A stretch of DNA of 64,000 nucleotides. It comes from a virus. Positions 11,058 to 20,458 of this stretch are shown piece after piece. The stretch lies in the UHGV virus genome UHGV-1374671, one strand, 5' to 3'. Under the pieces are notes generated by a model. It was not told the DNA's origin. It saw only the letters and a list, made by a program, of their open reading frames with translations, and searched no databases. The translations under genes were made by a program, and so were the position numbers. Numbering within the stretch: position 1 is the first letter of the stretch; every line of letters starts with the position of its first letter.

Positions 11058-11146
11058 CGAAAATAGCTTAAAATCGCCCACTTTTAGGGCATAATAAGGT
11101 GGATGGAATTTAACATCCGGTTGCTGGGACCTTAACCGGCTGATCT

Positions 11147-11179
11147 GCTCCTTCTCATCGAAGGAGCGTTTTCATTTTT
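11147..11179 (+). terminator. putative Rho-independent terminator
   Basis: GCTCCTT-ctcatcg-AAGGAGC stem-loop followed by GTTTTCATTTTT, about 90 nt after the stop at 11057. Confidence 0.55.
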
Positions 11180-11249
11180 ACACTGGCTTGATTTGATCGG
11201 TGATTCGCCGACCGTGTTGATCGTCACAAAGCGGTACTGAAGTCGCAGC

Positions 11250-11430
11250 ATGACGAACTGGATCCTGGTCAGGAACCGTTCTGAGAATCAGACGCTCATC
11301 CTTCCCAGCCTCGCTTGCGGAGCTGGGAAGGAACATCGTCTCTCAAAGAGTAAACTCTTCGAGTGAACTCTTCGAGTGAAGCGACACGCTTCAGATTCCC
11401 AGAACTTACTTCCGACCAGGATCCATATTT
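11250..11430. repeat. imperfect ~30 bp inverted repeats flanking ~150 bp that contain a 10/12 bp hairpin and a 2.5x tandem 13-mer (GAGTGAACTCTTC)
   Basis: GGATCCTGGTC...GTTCTGAGAATC at the left end is mirrored by GATTCCCAGAAC...GACCAGGATCC at the right end; CCTTCCCAGC/GCTGGGAAGG hairpin; tandem repeat 11357-11392. Confidence 0.5.
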
Positions 11431-11465
11431 ATACTGCGTGAAGCCAGATTTTCTGATTTGAGTTG

Positions 11466-12683
11466 TCCTATGCTTCGTAGGATTGAATGTTTAGTGCGTG
11501 AATGCATTGAAATTACAATCGTTCTTTCACACGCAGCGAACGGGATCCCTTCGTTTCCTTCCTCGGTAACGGCACGCCGTTACCGGATACGTCAACGAAA
11601 GGGATCCCTCACGCTGCATTGTTCATTCTCAGACTGCAAGAAATCAGAACAGCCGGTACGTTGGGGCTGTAAATCCAATGAGCAAACTGGAACTTTGCAT
11701 ATGCTTCGTATGCTGATGAACCTGGTAACTGACACCAGTAAGTATCGATGTGACATGGGCTGCGCTCTGAGTCGCGATCTGTTCACCGGGCTTAAAACTC
11801 GCAGCCTGGCGGCTGCGTGTTCACAGCCACGTTCACAAACGCGACTCAGAGCGCTTTTCGCCCTTGTCTTGAATATGTCACCGCCATCAATAGCAGTTTG
11901 CATTTTCTACTCCAGATATAAAATCCTCTATGACCCGGTATGTGGTTCGCATACAAGCCCAGCAGTCAGATTTGCCTGTTGAAATGTGAAACCCTGCGAG
12001 AACCATGAACCTTCCTGGAAGTGGTTTTCCAGGAAGTTCATTTCGTCTCGCTGTCTCGGGTTTCAGATAGAGGTGTGTTTGTTGAATTTCTGTATGATTC
12101 GTACAGGTGATGTAGTGTACGACTGTCCATGTAAACAGCATGGTCGTTACCACTATTACGACTCAACTGGACCTACCGTCTGGCGCCCGCTACCTTAACC
12201 GGAATGCGAGGCGCCTGACGACGGTCCATTGAGTCTACATAGTTATAACAACCGCTTCAGAACAAACACCGTCCTTACTGATTTTGAATTTTGCCGTGCT
12301 TCGCGGCAATGTGTGCGGCACCAAATCCAGTGTCGGAAACAAGGTTCTGCATACAAACCGGCTCCCTCCTGAATTTCTGCCTTAGATGCGGGGATCGCCC
12401 CCGCATCTACAGCCAAAATTCAGCGGGTTCCGGCTTGACTTTGAACCATTAGAAAATCAGTCGATTACTTGAATTCTTTGGTGCTTCGCCAAAGTGCGCG
12501 TATGTCTGGAATACGTGTTTAAACAAGAATGAGCTTGCATCAGTACGACGACCAGTCATGCAGCGCCTTCGTCTTCTTTCAGAAGTACAAAGGACGCATG
12601 CAGACTGGCGTCTCCCTATCCCCAAGCATATTCTTCAGAAGTAATCAAATTACGCGAATTGACTAGGTCAGTGCTTCGCTGAC
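11466..12683 (+). repeat. array of five stem-loops with invariant 7-nt loop TGCTTCG and covarying 5-6 bp stems
   Basis: tccta-TGCTTCG-tagga (~11466-11482); gcata-TGCTTCG-tatgc (~11697-11713); ttgccg-TGCTTCG-cggcaa (~12291-12309); ctttgg-TGCTTCG-ccaaag (~12476-12494); gtcag-TGCTTCG-ctgac (~12667-12683). TTGAAT/TTGACT-like hexamers lie 4-8 nt upstream of three of the five. Confidence 0.7.
12384..12408. other. very stable 11-bp perfect hairpin (TAGATGCGGGG-atcgc-CCCCGCATCTA) without U-tract
   Basis: seen directly in sequence. Confidence 0.6.
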
Positions 12684-12858
12684 ACGGGAAAACGTAGCGG
12701 CATCCCTGATGGAGTAATGACGTTCATTTACCTGCAGGATACCAGCCTACACGAACACATCGATCCCTTGGCTTCCGTCGAGCTTCGACGAAGCTCAGAC
12801 TCCACCAAGGAGATCTTATGTTATTCGTTACGGCCTGGACACCTGCTGGCAATTCATC

Positions 12859-13239
12859 TCATTTTGAATTCGCGTTCTTTCCGGCTTCCCGTTTCTCGAA
12901 TTCAAGCGCGACAGCGGGAATCGGCATGTTCAGCTTTCTGCGTTGCTCACAGGCCTCCAGAATGCGTATGCGGAAGTCCTTGGCGATGTCCGCCAGCGTA
13001 TCCCATCCTCTGATCCCGTACCTGAAATAGTGTGAGACAGTGAGCTGGGTGTCGTTGTACTTCTCGATAGCCTTTCCAAGCGGGAAGATCACGTCCCGCT
13101 GGCCTTGCCTTCCACGAAGCACGATATCGCCGTTCACAGCCTCCAGTAAACCGATTCCACCAAAGGTCTGCGTGGAATCCTGCAGACTGGAATATCTGTC
13201 TGCTTTCGGCTTTCCTGCTTCTTTTTTTACATTGTCCAT
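12859..13239 (-). CDS. hypothetical protein, translationally coupled downstream of terminase large subunit
   Basis: 126 aa minus-strand ORF starting 11 nt after the TerL stop. Confidence 0.4.
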   Translation of the reverse strand: MDNVKKEAGKPKADRYSSLQDSTQTFGGIGLLEAVNGDIVLRGRQGQRDVIFPLGKAIEKYNDTQLTVSHYFRYGIRGWDTLADIAKDFRIRILEACEQRRKLNMPIPAVALEFEKREAGKNANSK

Positions 13240-13250
13240 GCTGGCGCTCC

Positions 13251-15086
13251 TTATATGAACTGGTTGTCAGGTGTTATTACGGATGCTCTCAAATCCACGG
13301 CTTCCTTGAAGCGCTCGAAATCCCCTCTGGGACCAAACACTTCGTCGTCCATGATCTTGTTGTGGTTCTCGTCGAAGTCCAGTACGGACGCGTCGTATCT
13401 GGAGCCGATTTTGGGATATGCTCCGAAGTGGTCCCATATCTGGGAGCATCCGAAGTTGACGGCATGCGCGAAGTCGTCAGGCGCTCCCGGCTTCTTGATG
13501 ATCAGCACGACGGTTTCGTTCCCCATGGACTTTCTGGGATCCTCCCGAAGGGCCAGCAAATCGCGCTGGAAGGCCTTCTCATCGGTTTCGGCGAATCCGG
13601 GCAGTCTGACCCGGGTTGCCTTGATCGACATCACTGTGATCGCCAGAGAGCGGCTTTTATCAAGGGTGTAGTAGTACAGGTCCGACTCACGCATCCCGGT
13701 ATGGGGAACCATCACATCCCCGGCACGGGGCCTGACGTAGTTGATGGGAATGACGATCAGCCCGGGAATGTCCCGCAGCCCCTGGTGGTTCATGATCTCC
13801 AGCCGGGCGAACCCGGCCCCGCCGTTGTCGTAAGTGAAGGCGTCGGCACCGGTTCCCCGTATCCAGTCCATGATCTCGTTCGCTTCATCGGTAGGAGTGA
13901 CGCCGTGCTTGATGCGCTTCCCGTACAGCACGTCGATCACGTCCGAATCCCGCCGCAGCCCCAGCACGGCATACGCGGTGTACGAATCGCTGACCATGGA
14001 ACCGCCTGACCAGTCCACCGCAACCGTGATGTACGAGTACAGATGCTTCAGCCCACGTACATCGGCAGGACGCTGCACGGAGATGTCATGCGTGGCCTTC
14101 TGCAGGTCGGACATGGTCAATGGGCTGGTGGCCGCATCGTAGGGCCACCCGAACACTTCGTTGTACAGCGCCAGCGGCGCATAGTTCTCGATCTTGTCCA
14201 GCAGCTTGTTCCACTTGTCCTGCGACAGGATGTGAAGCGGGTGCACTGTCTGCGAGATGTGATATCCGGGAAACGACAACTGGCGTTCCGGTCTGGCGTG
14301 CACGTATCCGCCGTTCTTGGGAAACACCGGCTTTCCGCAGTGGGCGCATACCGGGCCGTGCTTGCCGATCATCTTCAGCAGGTGCTGTTCCGGGTTCGGG
14401 ATGTTGAACTTGTTGCAGTGCTCGCAGCGGATCACCCACTCGGCCTGGCTGGAGCGGTTCCACAGCAGCGCCAGTGTGGTATCGGTGGTTTTGGGTGTTC
14501 CGGTGTACCGGGCGAAGCCCCAGAAAATCGAGGCCGACATCATCTCGTTACCGATGTCAATGAACTCGTACTCAATGTCTTGCACTTCATCCCACGTGGT
14601 GCTGGCCACGTTCGAGATACCGCGAGCCCGATCCGGTGACTCGAACATATGTTCTGCATAACACATGGATCCATTTTTAAATTCGCGTAAAGCCATTTTC
14701 TGCAATTCCGTGCTCTGAATGAACTGGGTTCGGATAGGGCAGGAGGAAAGGAGGGGTCTGTAAACAGTATTCACTAAACGCTGCACCTGGTCCGCTCTGG
14801 GCTGGATCAGCACTGTGTGGTAGTAGGGAATCAGCATGTTCCTGAGTCCGATATCGGCGGATATGCTGTACGACTTACCAAGCTGGCGGCCGCACATGTA
14901 AACAGAATGGGGAGACTGGACTGTGCTGAACATCGGTGCGAACTGATAGTGCAGATGCAGCGTCATGGGCTTTCCATTCAGCCGGAACAAGCATAGGAAA
15001 GGGATCAACGTCTTCAGTGATCCCTTCCTGATCTTATCGTAGGCATCCGCAAAGATGCTGTTCAGTTTTGTCGTTGAATTCGTCAT
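13251..15086 (-). CDS. terL: terminase large subunit (ATPase + nuclease)
   Basis: 611 aa; Walker A-like CGRQLGKSY; Walker B-like WDEVQD; ARYTGTP; C-terminal RNaseH-like nuclease region (VAVDWSGG, DNGGAG); CxxC...CxxC. Confidence 0.85.
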   Translation of the reverse strand: MTNSTTKLNSIFADAYDKIRKGSLKTLIPFLCLFRLNGKPMTLHLHYQFAPMFSTVQSPHSVYMCGRQLGKSYSISADIGLRNMLIPYYHTVLIQPRADQVQRLVNTVYRPLLSSCPIRTQFIQSTELQKMALREFKNGSMCYAEHMFESPDRARGISNVASTTWDEVQDIEYEFIDIGNEMMSASIFWGFARYTGTPKTTDTTLALLWNRSSQAEWVIRCEHCNKFNIPNPEQHLLKMIGKHGPVCAHCGKPVFPKNGGYVHARPERQLSFPGYHISQTVHPLHILSQDKWNKLLDKIENYAPLALYNEVFGWPYDAATSPLTMSDLQKATHDISVQRPADVRGLKHLYSYITVAVDWSGGSMVSDSYTAYAVLGLRRDSDVIDVLYGKRIKHGVTPTDEANEIMDWIRGTGADAFTYDNGGAGFARLEIMNHQGLRDIPGLIVIPINYVRPRAGDVMVPHTGMRESDLYYYTLDKSRSLAITVMSIKATRVRLPGFAETDEKAFQRDLLALREDPRKSMGNETVVLIIKKPGAPDDFAHAVNFGCSQIWDHFGAYPKIGSRYDASVLDFDENHNKIMDDEVFGPRGDFERFKEAVDLRASVITPDNQFI

Positions 15087-15316
15087 AATTGCCTGCCTGG
15101 TATGTGTTCACGCTCTGCTTACAGTAGACTTGAACACAAACCCAGGAGCACTAAGATGCTGGTACAGGCACAGAAGTATATGAGATCCAAACATGTGATC
15201 CCGGCAGACAGATACCTGAAGAAAGACTCTTTGGGAACGGACCGAACGCAGGAGACAAGGAGGCCTGACAGAACGGACGTCGTGTCTGTGCAGAAACCGA
15301 ACAAACAAAGATCACA

Positions 15317-15703
15317 TTGAGCAGAACACTCAACAACAAAGTATGGGCACTGATCGGTCTGCTGATCGCAGTGCCCGTTTTCATTTCACCGGTAACGGTT
15401 GTCCTGACCGTCGGAATCATGCTGTACTGCCGCGCCAACATGGCGCGCGCACTGAACCCGTGGATCAAATCCGGGCTCATGTTCGTACTGGCTGTTCTGA
15501 TGCTCAGCGTACTCAGCGCTTACGACCCGACGTGGAAGATCTGGTTCTGGACCGTGAACACGGCACTCATGCTGACCGTCTGCATGCACTTCATCGGGGG
15601 CATACTGGATGAAGCCAGGAACAGAAGGGAAACCAGAAGACTCGACTCGGAGGTCGTGGATCCTGAGTGGTACAATCCGAAGACCGGTAAGTGGGAACGA
15701 TAA
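15317..15703 (+). CDS. small integral membrane protein (3-4 predicted TM helices)
   Basis: 128 aa; long hydrophobic stretches then charged C-terminus. Confidence 0.45.
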   Translation: MSRTLNNKVWALIGLLIAVPVFISPVTVVLTVGIMLYCRANMARALNPWIKSGLMFVLAVLMLSVLSAYDPTWKIWFWTVNTALMLTVCMHFIGGILDEARNRRETRRLDSEVVDPEWYNPKTGKWER

Positions 15704-15929
15704 CCTGATTCAAATGCAGGGCTCTGGAGGCCGGGATAGGTCTTACCCATACAATGAGAGGGGTAACGACCTAAGTCGCGCCACAGGGCCCTTTCCGTTG
15801 AATTCTGGGCATTTTGGACGACTACTGACGAAATTCATTGCAACGACAGTATCCGATCATGTCATTTTCAACATGCCTGGCAACAGGCGGAGAACAACAA
15901 GAGAAAACCATGAAGAAATTCACTTAGTA

Positions 15930-16700
15930 ACGCCTAAATTAGACGCGTCTAAAAAATTTTTACAAGAAAGAAGTGATCAAGAAAGAACTGGGTGCGAGAA
16001 TCCCCGCACTGTCCACGGCAAATCATCTGAGGATCCTTGCGAGCACTGCTTGGTTCACGGGGCTTGAGGGCAGTTCCGGCATAGCCCGACAAGACCCCCA
16101 CAAGTACGGTATACCCGGCACGCCTAGTGTACTTAAATAAATTTAAGTACCTTAGTCGCGCCCGTGCATACGTACACGTGAGAGCCAGTCCAGCCATGGC
16201 GGAGCTCTCCCCTCCCCCATGACCAATCAGCGCCGCAGGCTCTCGAGACGATTTCCGCCGGGACGGCGGAAATTCTCGCCGCGTAGCGCGCGCTAGCGCG
16301 CTGAATGCGCACGCGCAGGCGCGATAGAAGATCGCGCGATCTTCTACGCGCGCCTCCCCGGCGCATACCTGCGGATCTGCGCACGCATTATGCGTGCGCT
16401 ACCCGCATCGCAGGACTTGCGCGTGCGCATTATGCCTGCCGCCCGAAATACCGCACGCCTTGTAACACGCGAAACTGGTGATGCGCTTGCGCATACCGCG
16501 CAGCGCGCGAGGATGAAGCCCGGTCCAGCGCCTGACGAAGCCTCCAACCTGCGGTATACCCACCCTTGCCCCTTCGGGCACAACCGCTAGCGCGGTTGCC
16601 AAGGCATTGGGGATAACGCAGGTTTCGGCTTCTAACCCAGCCATGCCTGCTGACGCAGGATAGCTGGGAGCCAGAGGGTGGTTGGAAGAGAAAACTGACG
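15930..16700. repeat. palindrome-rich, GC-rich non-coding region
   Basis: TTAGACGCGTCTAA (~15938); GTACTTAAAT-aa-ATTTAAGTAC (~16129-16150); TTTCCGCCG-gga-CGGCGGAAA (~16251-16271); GCGCGCTAGCGCGC; AGAAGATCGC/GCGATCTTCT 20-bp perfect palindrome (~16326-16345); GCGCACGCA-tta-TGCGTGCGC; ATGCGC-tt-GCGCAT; direct repeat CTTAGTCGCGCC at ~15767 and ~16146. Confidence 0.6.
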
Positions 16701-16717
16701 GTCACATCAGGTGAAAC

Positions 16718-17120
16718 GCAAATAGAGCGATTTTGAGGCCCACATAGCTGTCACCCCATGTCGTTGCCCGGTTTTGAGACCGATCGCCATCAGAAGGGCC
16801 TCAGAATTGATTTATCTGGTATTCGCACCGGATACCTGACCCGGCTTTCGCACCACCATCAGCTGATCCAGGTCTAAGCGCCGGTGAAAACACCGGATTC
16901 AGACGCCGGAAAACGACCGATTCAGCGCCAGGAGAACCACCGGATTCAGCGACCCTGTTCACGACTGTTAATCCCTGCGCCAGGTTTTCATGCCAGGTTT
17001 ATCGGGATTCAAATAGAGCGATTTTGAGGCCCACATAGATCGACCCCTAGTGAGAGCCCGTTTTCGACCACGTCGTCGATCAGAGACAGTCAGGAATCGA
17101 TTTATCGGGCATTTCCATCA
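16718..17120. repeat. two ~110 bp direct repeat units starting CAAATAGAGCGATTTTGAGGCCCACATAG, plus 3x ~21 bp tandem repeats and 3x GATTTATC(G/T)GG (iteron-like)
   Basis: units at ~16718-16830 and ~17010-17120; AACACCGGATTCAGACGCCGG / AACGACCGATTCAGCGCCAGG / AACCACCGGATTCAGCGACCC at ~16886-16952. Confidence 0.65.
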
Positions 17121-17286
17121 AGTTGTTGATCCGGCAACTGTCCATCAGACCCGTACCAGGATGAAACCGGGTCGCCGACATGCGCTTCTCAACCGGGTTC
17201 AGGTTGTAGTGTATGTGCACGTCCGACGACCAGGTTCACGAGCCTGGTTATTTAGTCATAAAAAGTTTAACATAAGGAGGTTATAC

Positions 17287-18420
17287 ATGTTCGAGAAGAT
17301 ACTGTTCATGGCTGACTGTCACATCAGGTCACGCACATGGACGAACTTCATGCAGCTCCAGGGAGACGCCTACTGCGCGCTGCAGAAAGTGTCCGATCAG
17401 CTGGCCGCCATGAAGAGCCCGCCGAAGGTGCTCGTAGTCGGAGGAGACTGGTTCGACGGAAACCGACCCAGTTCGTGGGACGTCAGGGAGACGTTCCGGT
17501 TTCTGAGTCAGTTCGAGCTGGTGTTGTTCGTGAACGGGAATCATGACAAGGTCGAGCCTTCGTTTCTGGAGATTCTCCAGGGACTGGGCTGTACGAACGT
17601 CAGGGTCGAGAATCTGCAGAACCAGCCCGGTCGCGTACTCCAGTTCGATAACCAGTTTTTCATAGCTGGACTGAATTGGGTGGAGAACGCTGATCAGCTG
17701 AAAGCGGCGATAAGGGAGATCGCCGTGGAGTACAAATCGCTCGGTACAGACCAGCCGCTGTACCTGGTTCTGCACACCAGCTTTCAGCATCTGCTCGGTT
17801 ACGAGGGCTCGTACAAGCTCACGATTCAGGACGTCGAGGAGATCTTCGGAGACAGCCAGGTTCGTGTGCTTGTGGGAGACATTCATACCCGTGACCTGAC
17901 TCACATCAGCAACATGAACGGAAGCTACGTTCACAGTCCAGGATCGCTGTATCCCAGGAGCTTCGACAAGGTGAACGAGGAGTACGCCGTGTCGTTGATC
18001 GACACGGGCACGGGAGAGATCAGGGACCTCGACTGTCGTGTCAGGCTCTACTACCGATACGATTACAAGAGCCGTGACGAGCTCGATCAGCTGGTCGAGA
18101 TCGCGAAGCAGGAAAGCAAGGACCTTCCACTGCCGCCGTTTATCAGGGTCGTCGTTCCGAAGGATTCTGAAGTCAAGATTCTTCAGACGGACTACGAGGA
18201 CGTCGTCATCCAGGTCGTAACCGAGGATGTTGAGGACCAGGAGGAAGTCACCGCCAGACAGCTCCAGGAACAGTACACGCTTGCCCAGGCCGTTGCCGAG
18301 GAGGCGAACGAGGACGACGACATCAGGGATCTCGCCGTGGCGCTGATTTCAGCAGACGACCCGCTGGCCGAGATCGAGGGCTGGTTGAAGTTCTGGAATG
18401 TCGTCAGATCAACGATATGA
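17287..18420 (+). CDS. sbcD: SbcD/Mre11-like metallophosphoesterase nuclease (T4 gp47-like)
   Basis: AGGAGG RBS; phosphoesterase motifs ADCH, GGDWFD, NGNHD; followed directly by Rad50-like gene. Confidence 0.8.
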   Translation: MFEKILFMADCHIRSRTWTNFMQLQGDAYCALQKVSDQLAAMKSPPKVLVVGGDWFDGNRPSSWDVRETFRFLSQFELVLFVNGNHDKVEPSFLEILQGLGCTNVRVENLQNQPGRVLQFDNQFFIAGLNWVENADQLKAAIREIAVEYKSLGTDQPLYLVLHTSFQHLLGYEGSYKLTIQDVEEIFGDSQVRVLVGDIHTRDLTHISNMNGSYVHSPGSLYPRSFDKVNEEYAVSLIDTGTGEIRDLDCRVRLYYRYDYKSRDELDQLVEIAKQESKDLPLPPFIRVVVPKDSEVKILQTDYEDVVIQVVTEDVEDQEEVTARQLQEQYTLAQAVAEEANEDDDIRDLAVALISADDPLAEIEGWLKFWNVVRSTI

Positions 18421-18429
18421 GGTCATAGC

Positions 18430-20439
18430 ATGTTCAAGTTATCGAGAGTGCGTTTGCACAACATCTGCCAGTACGACGATGCGGACATTCCGATAGAGGG
18501 CGGACTGACTGCTGTGTGCGGCAAAAACGGGGCTGGCAAGAGCAACTGCATCAGGGCCATCGCCTACGGGCTCACCGGATTGGTGGACGGTTCCTGGGGC
18601 AATCAGCAGAAGCTCCAGAAGGACGGCACCGCCGATCCTGGCTGGGTTGAGGTGTACCTGACAGGAACCGAGGATCTGGTCGTCAGGAGATTTTCTACTT
18701 CGAGTACAAAATTTCCGGATCGGATTCTGAAGACGGTCAACGGAGTGGTAACCGAGGTCGCTGTCCGCCGCAAGGAGGTGGACAAGTACATGACGGGCGT
18801 GTTCGGCATTCCAGTGCCGCTCATGTTCCAGATCATGTGGGGAAGACAGGGCAGGCTGGACGATCTGCTTACGTCTCCTCCGGCGCTGGTGAACACGTTC
18901 CTGGCTGCGGTGTTCGACACCAAGAAGCTGGACAAGCTCAGAGAGAAGCTCAAGATCCAGATCGACACGATAGCTAACATCCCGGCCGACAGCGTGACCC
19001 TGCTTGAGCGATACAAGGCCGAGCGGGAAGCGCTGCCGTCAGTGGAGAGCCTGGCGGCGTCACTGGAGTCCAGCAAGGCAGCTCTGCATGATGCGGAGGC
19101 CAGACTGGAGGAGCTGAACGACACGATGAAAGCCGGCATCACGAAAGCGTCCCTGGATGGGTGCATCGCGATGTACACAGAAGAGCTTCAGACGTCCGAG
19201 AACTGGCTTTCCAGCAATCCTGAGACGCCTGAACCGTCTGTGCCGTCCATAGACGCGGCAACCGTTGATGTCAGCCTTGCAGGCGCTTCCAACGAGCTTT
19301 CCCAGCTGCAGAACCGGCGTAACCACACTGAGCTCACGCTGCGCAACCTGGAGGCAGGTCTTCCGGTCAAGAAGACCAATCTGCAGGATCTTCGTGACAG
19401 CCATCAGTCTATTCTGGACAAGATGTCGGTGCACGACTCCGAGTGCCGGCTGTGCAAGGGCCATATCGTGGACCACGTCAGTTACGACGCAGCGCGCTGG
19501 AAGATGCTGACCGGGTACACTACCCAGGAACAGTACGAGAAGGCCTTCACGGGCAAGGAAAGCACCCTTCTGGCCGTTATAAGCGCGGACGAGGATGCCA
19601 TCCGGACAGCCAGCCAGATGATCGATGCCATGGATGTGGAGATCTCGAAGCAGCAGGAGCTGCTTCAGAACCTGTCGGAATTGAAGGCGGCACATGAGGC
19701 GCATGCAAGATGGTCTGCGACCAACGAGCTGCGAATCATGCACACCGAGAAATCTAAAGGTCTTAATGAAGCACTTGACAAGTACAGGTCGATGACTCCG
19801 ATAGACGACTCGATTCCTCAGGACATCGCCGAGCTTTCCAGCAGAGTCGACCAGCTCAGAACCGAGGTGGAGACCAGGCAGAAAGCACTGTTCAAAACAG
19901 AGGCGGATTTGAAGTATTACGACAGGTCCATCCAGGACTACGAGAAAGCGGCTCAGAGCTACCAGATCAACTCAGAGGCCCGCAGAGTGCTCACTACGAT
20001 CCGTGACATATACTCTCAGGGACGGGCCCAGGCCAGGTACCTGCGTTCCAAGATCCAGCAGCTGAACAGGCGGATCGGTTCCTACATGGAACAGACCGGC
20101 ATGCCTTTCAGCCTGTATTTGAACGAGGACACCCACGTGTTCGAGTATGTGACTGACAGCGGATTCACGCACCCGGCAGCCCACCTGTCCGGAGCTCAGA
20201 AAAGCATCTCGTCTGTCGTTCTTCAGATGGCTATGCTGTCTGTAATCGGGCCCCAGATGAACCTGTTTCTCGTTGATGAGCCATCCGAGGCTCTTGATGA
20301 TGAAAACAAGATTGTCATGAGTTCGTTGTTCCAGAGGCTCAACAACTTACTACCGTCCATGGACGGAGTGATGCTGATTGTGACCCGAGATTCGCTCATT
20401 ATTGAGAGTTGTGAAAATGTCATAAATGTAGGAGATTGA
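18430..20439 (+). CDS. sbcC: SbcC/Rad50-like SMC ATPase (T4 gp46-like)
   Basis: Walker A GKNGAGKS; long coiled-coil middle with CRLCKG zinc-hook-like CxxC; C-terminal signature LSGAQKS and Walker B LFLVDEPSEALD. Confidence 0.85.
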   Translation: MFKLSRVRLHNICQYDDADIPIEGGLTAVCGKNGAGKSNCIRAIAYGLTGLVDGSWGNQQKLQKDGTADPGWVEVYLTGTEDLVVRRFSTSSTKFPDRILKTVNGVVTEVAVRRKEVDKYMTGVFGIPVPLMFQIMWGRQGRLDDLLTSPPALVNTFLAAVFDTKKLDKLREKLKIQIDTIANIPADSVTLLERYKAEREALPSVESLAASLESSKAALHDAEARLEELNDTMKAGITKASLDGCIAMYTEELQTSENWLSSNPETPEPSVPSIDAATVDVSLAGASNELSQLQNRRNHTELTLRNLEAGLPVKKTNLQDLRDSHQSILDKMSVHDSECRLCKGHIVDHVSYDAARWKMLTGYTTQEQYEKAFTGKESTLLAVISADEDAIRTASQMIDAMDVEISKQQELLQNLSELKAAHEAHARWSATNELRIMHTEKSKGLNEALDKYRSMTPIDDSIPQDIAELSSRVDQLRTEVETRQKALFKTEADLKYYDRSIQDYEKAAQSYQINSEARRVLTTIRDIYSQGRAQARYLRSKIQQLNRRIGSYMEQTGMPFSLYLNEDTHVFEYVTDSGFTHPAAHLSGAQKSISSVVLQMAMLSVIGPQMNLFLVDEPSEALDDENKIVMSSLFQRLNNLLPSMDGVMLIVTRDSLIIESCENVINVGD

Positions 20440-20458
20440 TAATCATGGAGTTGCAAAA

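Noticed and set aside
11458-12198. ORFs 11458-11982 (174 aa) and 11986-12198 in the hairpin-array region
   Set aside because: Cys/Arg-rich low-complexity translations, no RBS, and they span the conserved hairpins; more consistent with structured non-coding DNA.
11058-12858. tRNA genes or a CRISPR array in the long non-coding region
   Set aside because: No T-loop (GTTCRANYC) or D-loop consensus in cloverleaf context. The repeated hairpins differ in stem sequence and are irregularly spaced, unlike CRISPR repeats.
16133-16705. Several 70-90 aa minus- and plus-strand ORFs in the ORF track (e.g. 16133-16384, 16344-16583, 16399-16644)
   Set aside because: They lie in a GC-rich palindromic block where random ORFs are expected. 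They are Arg/Ala rich, mutually overlapping on both strands and have no RBS, so the region is treated as non-coding.
17050-17286. N-terminal extension of the SbcD ORF to 17050
   Set aside because: The extension is Arg-rich and overlaps the iteron repeats. A perfect AGGAGG RBS sits 8 nt before the in-frame ATG at 17287, where the phosphoesterase fold begins.
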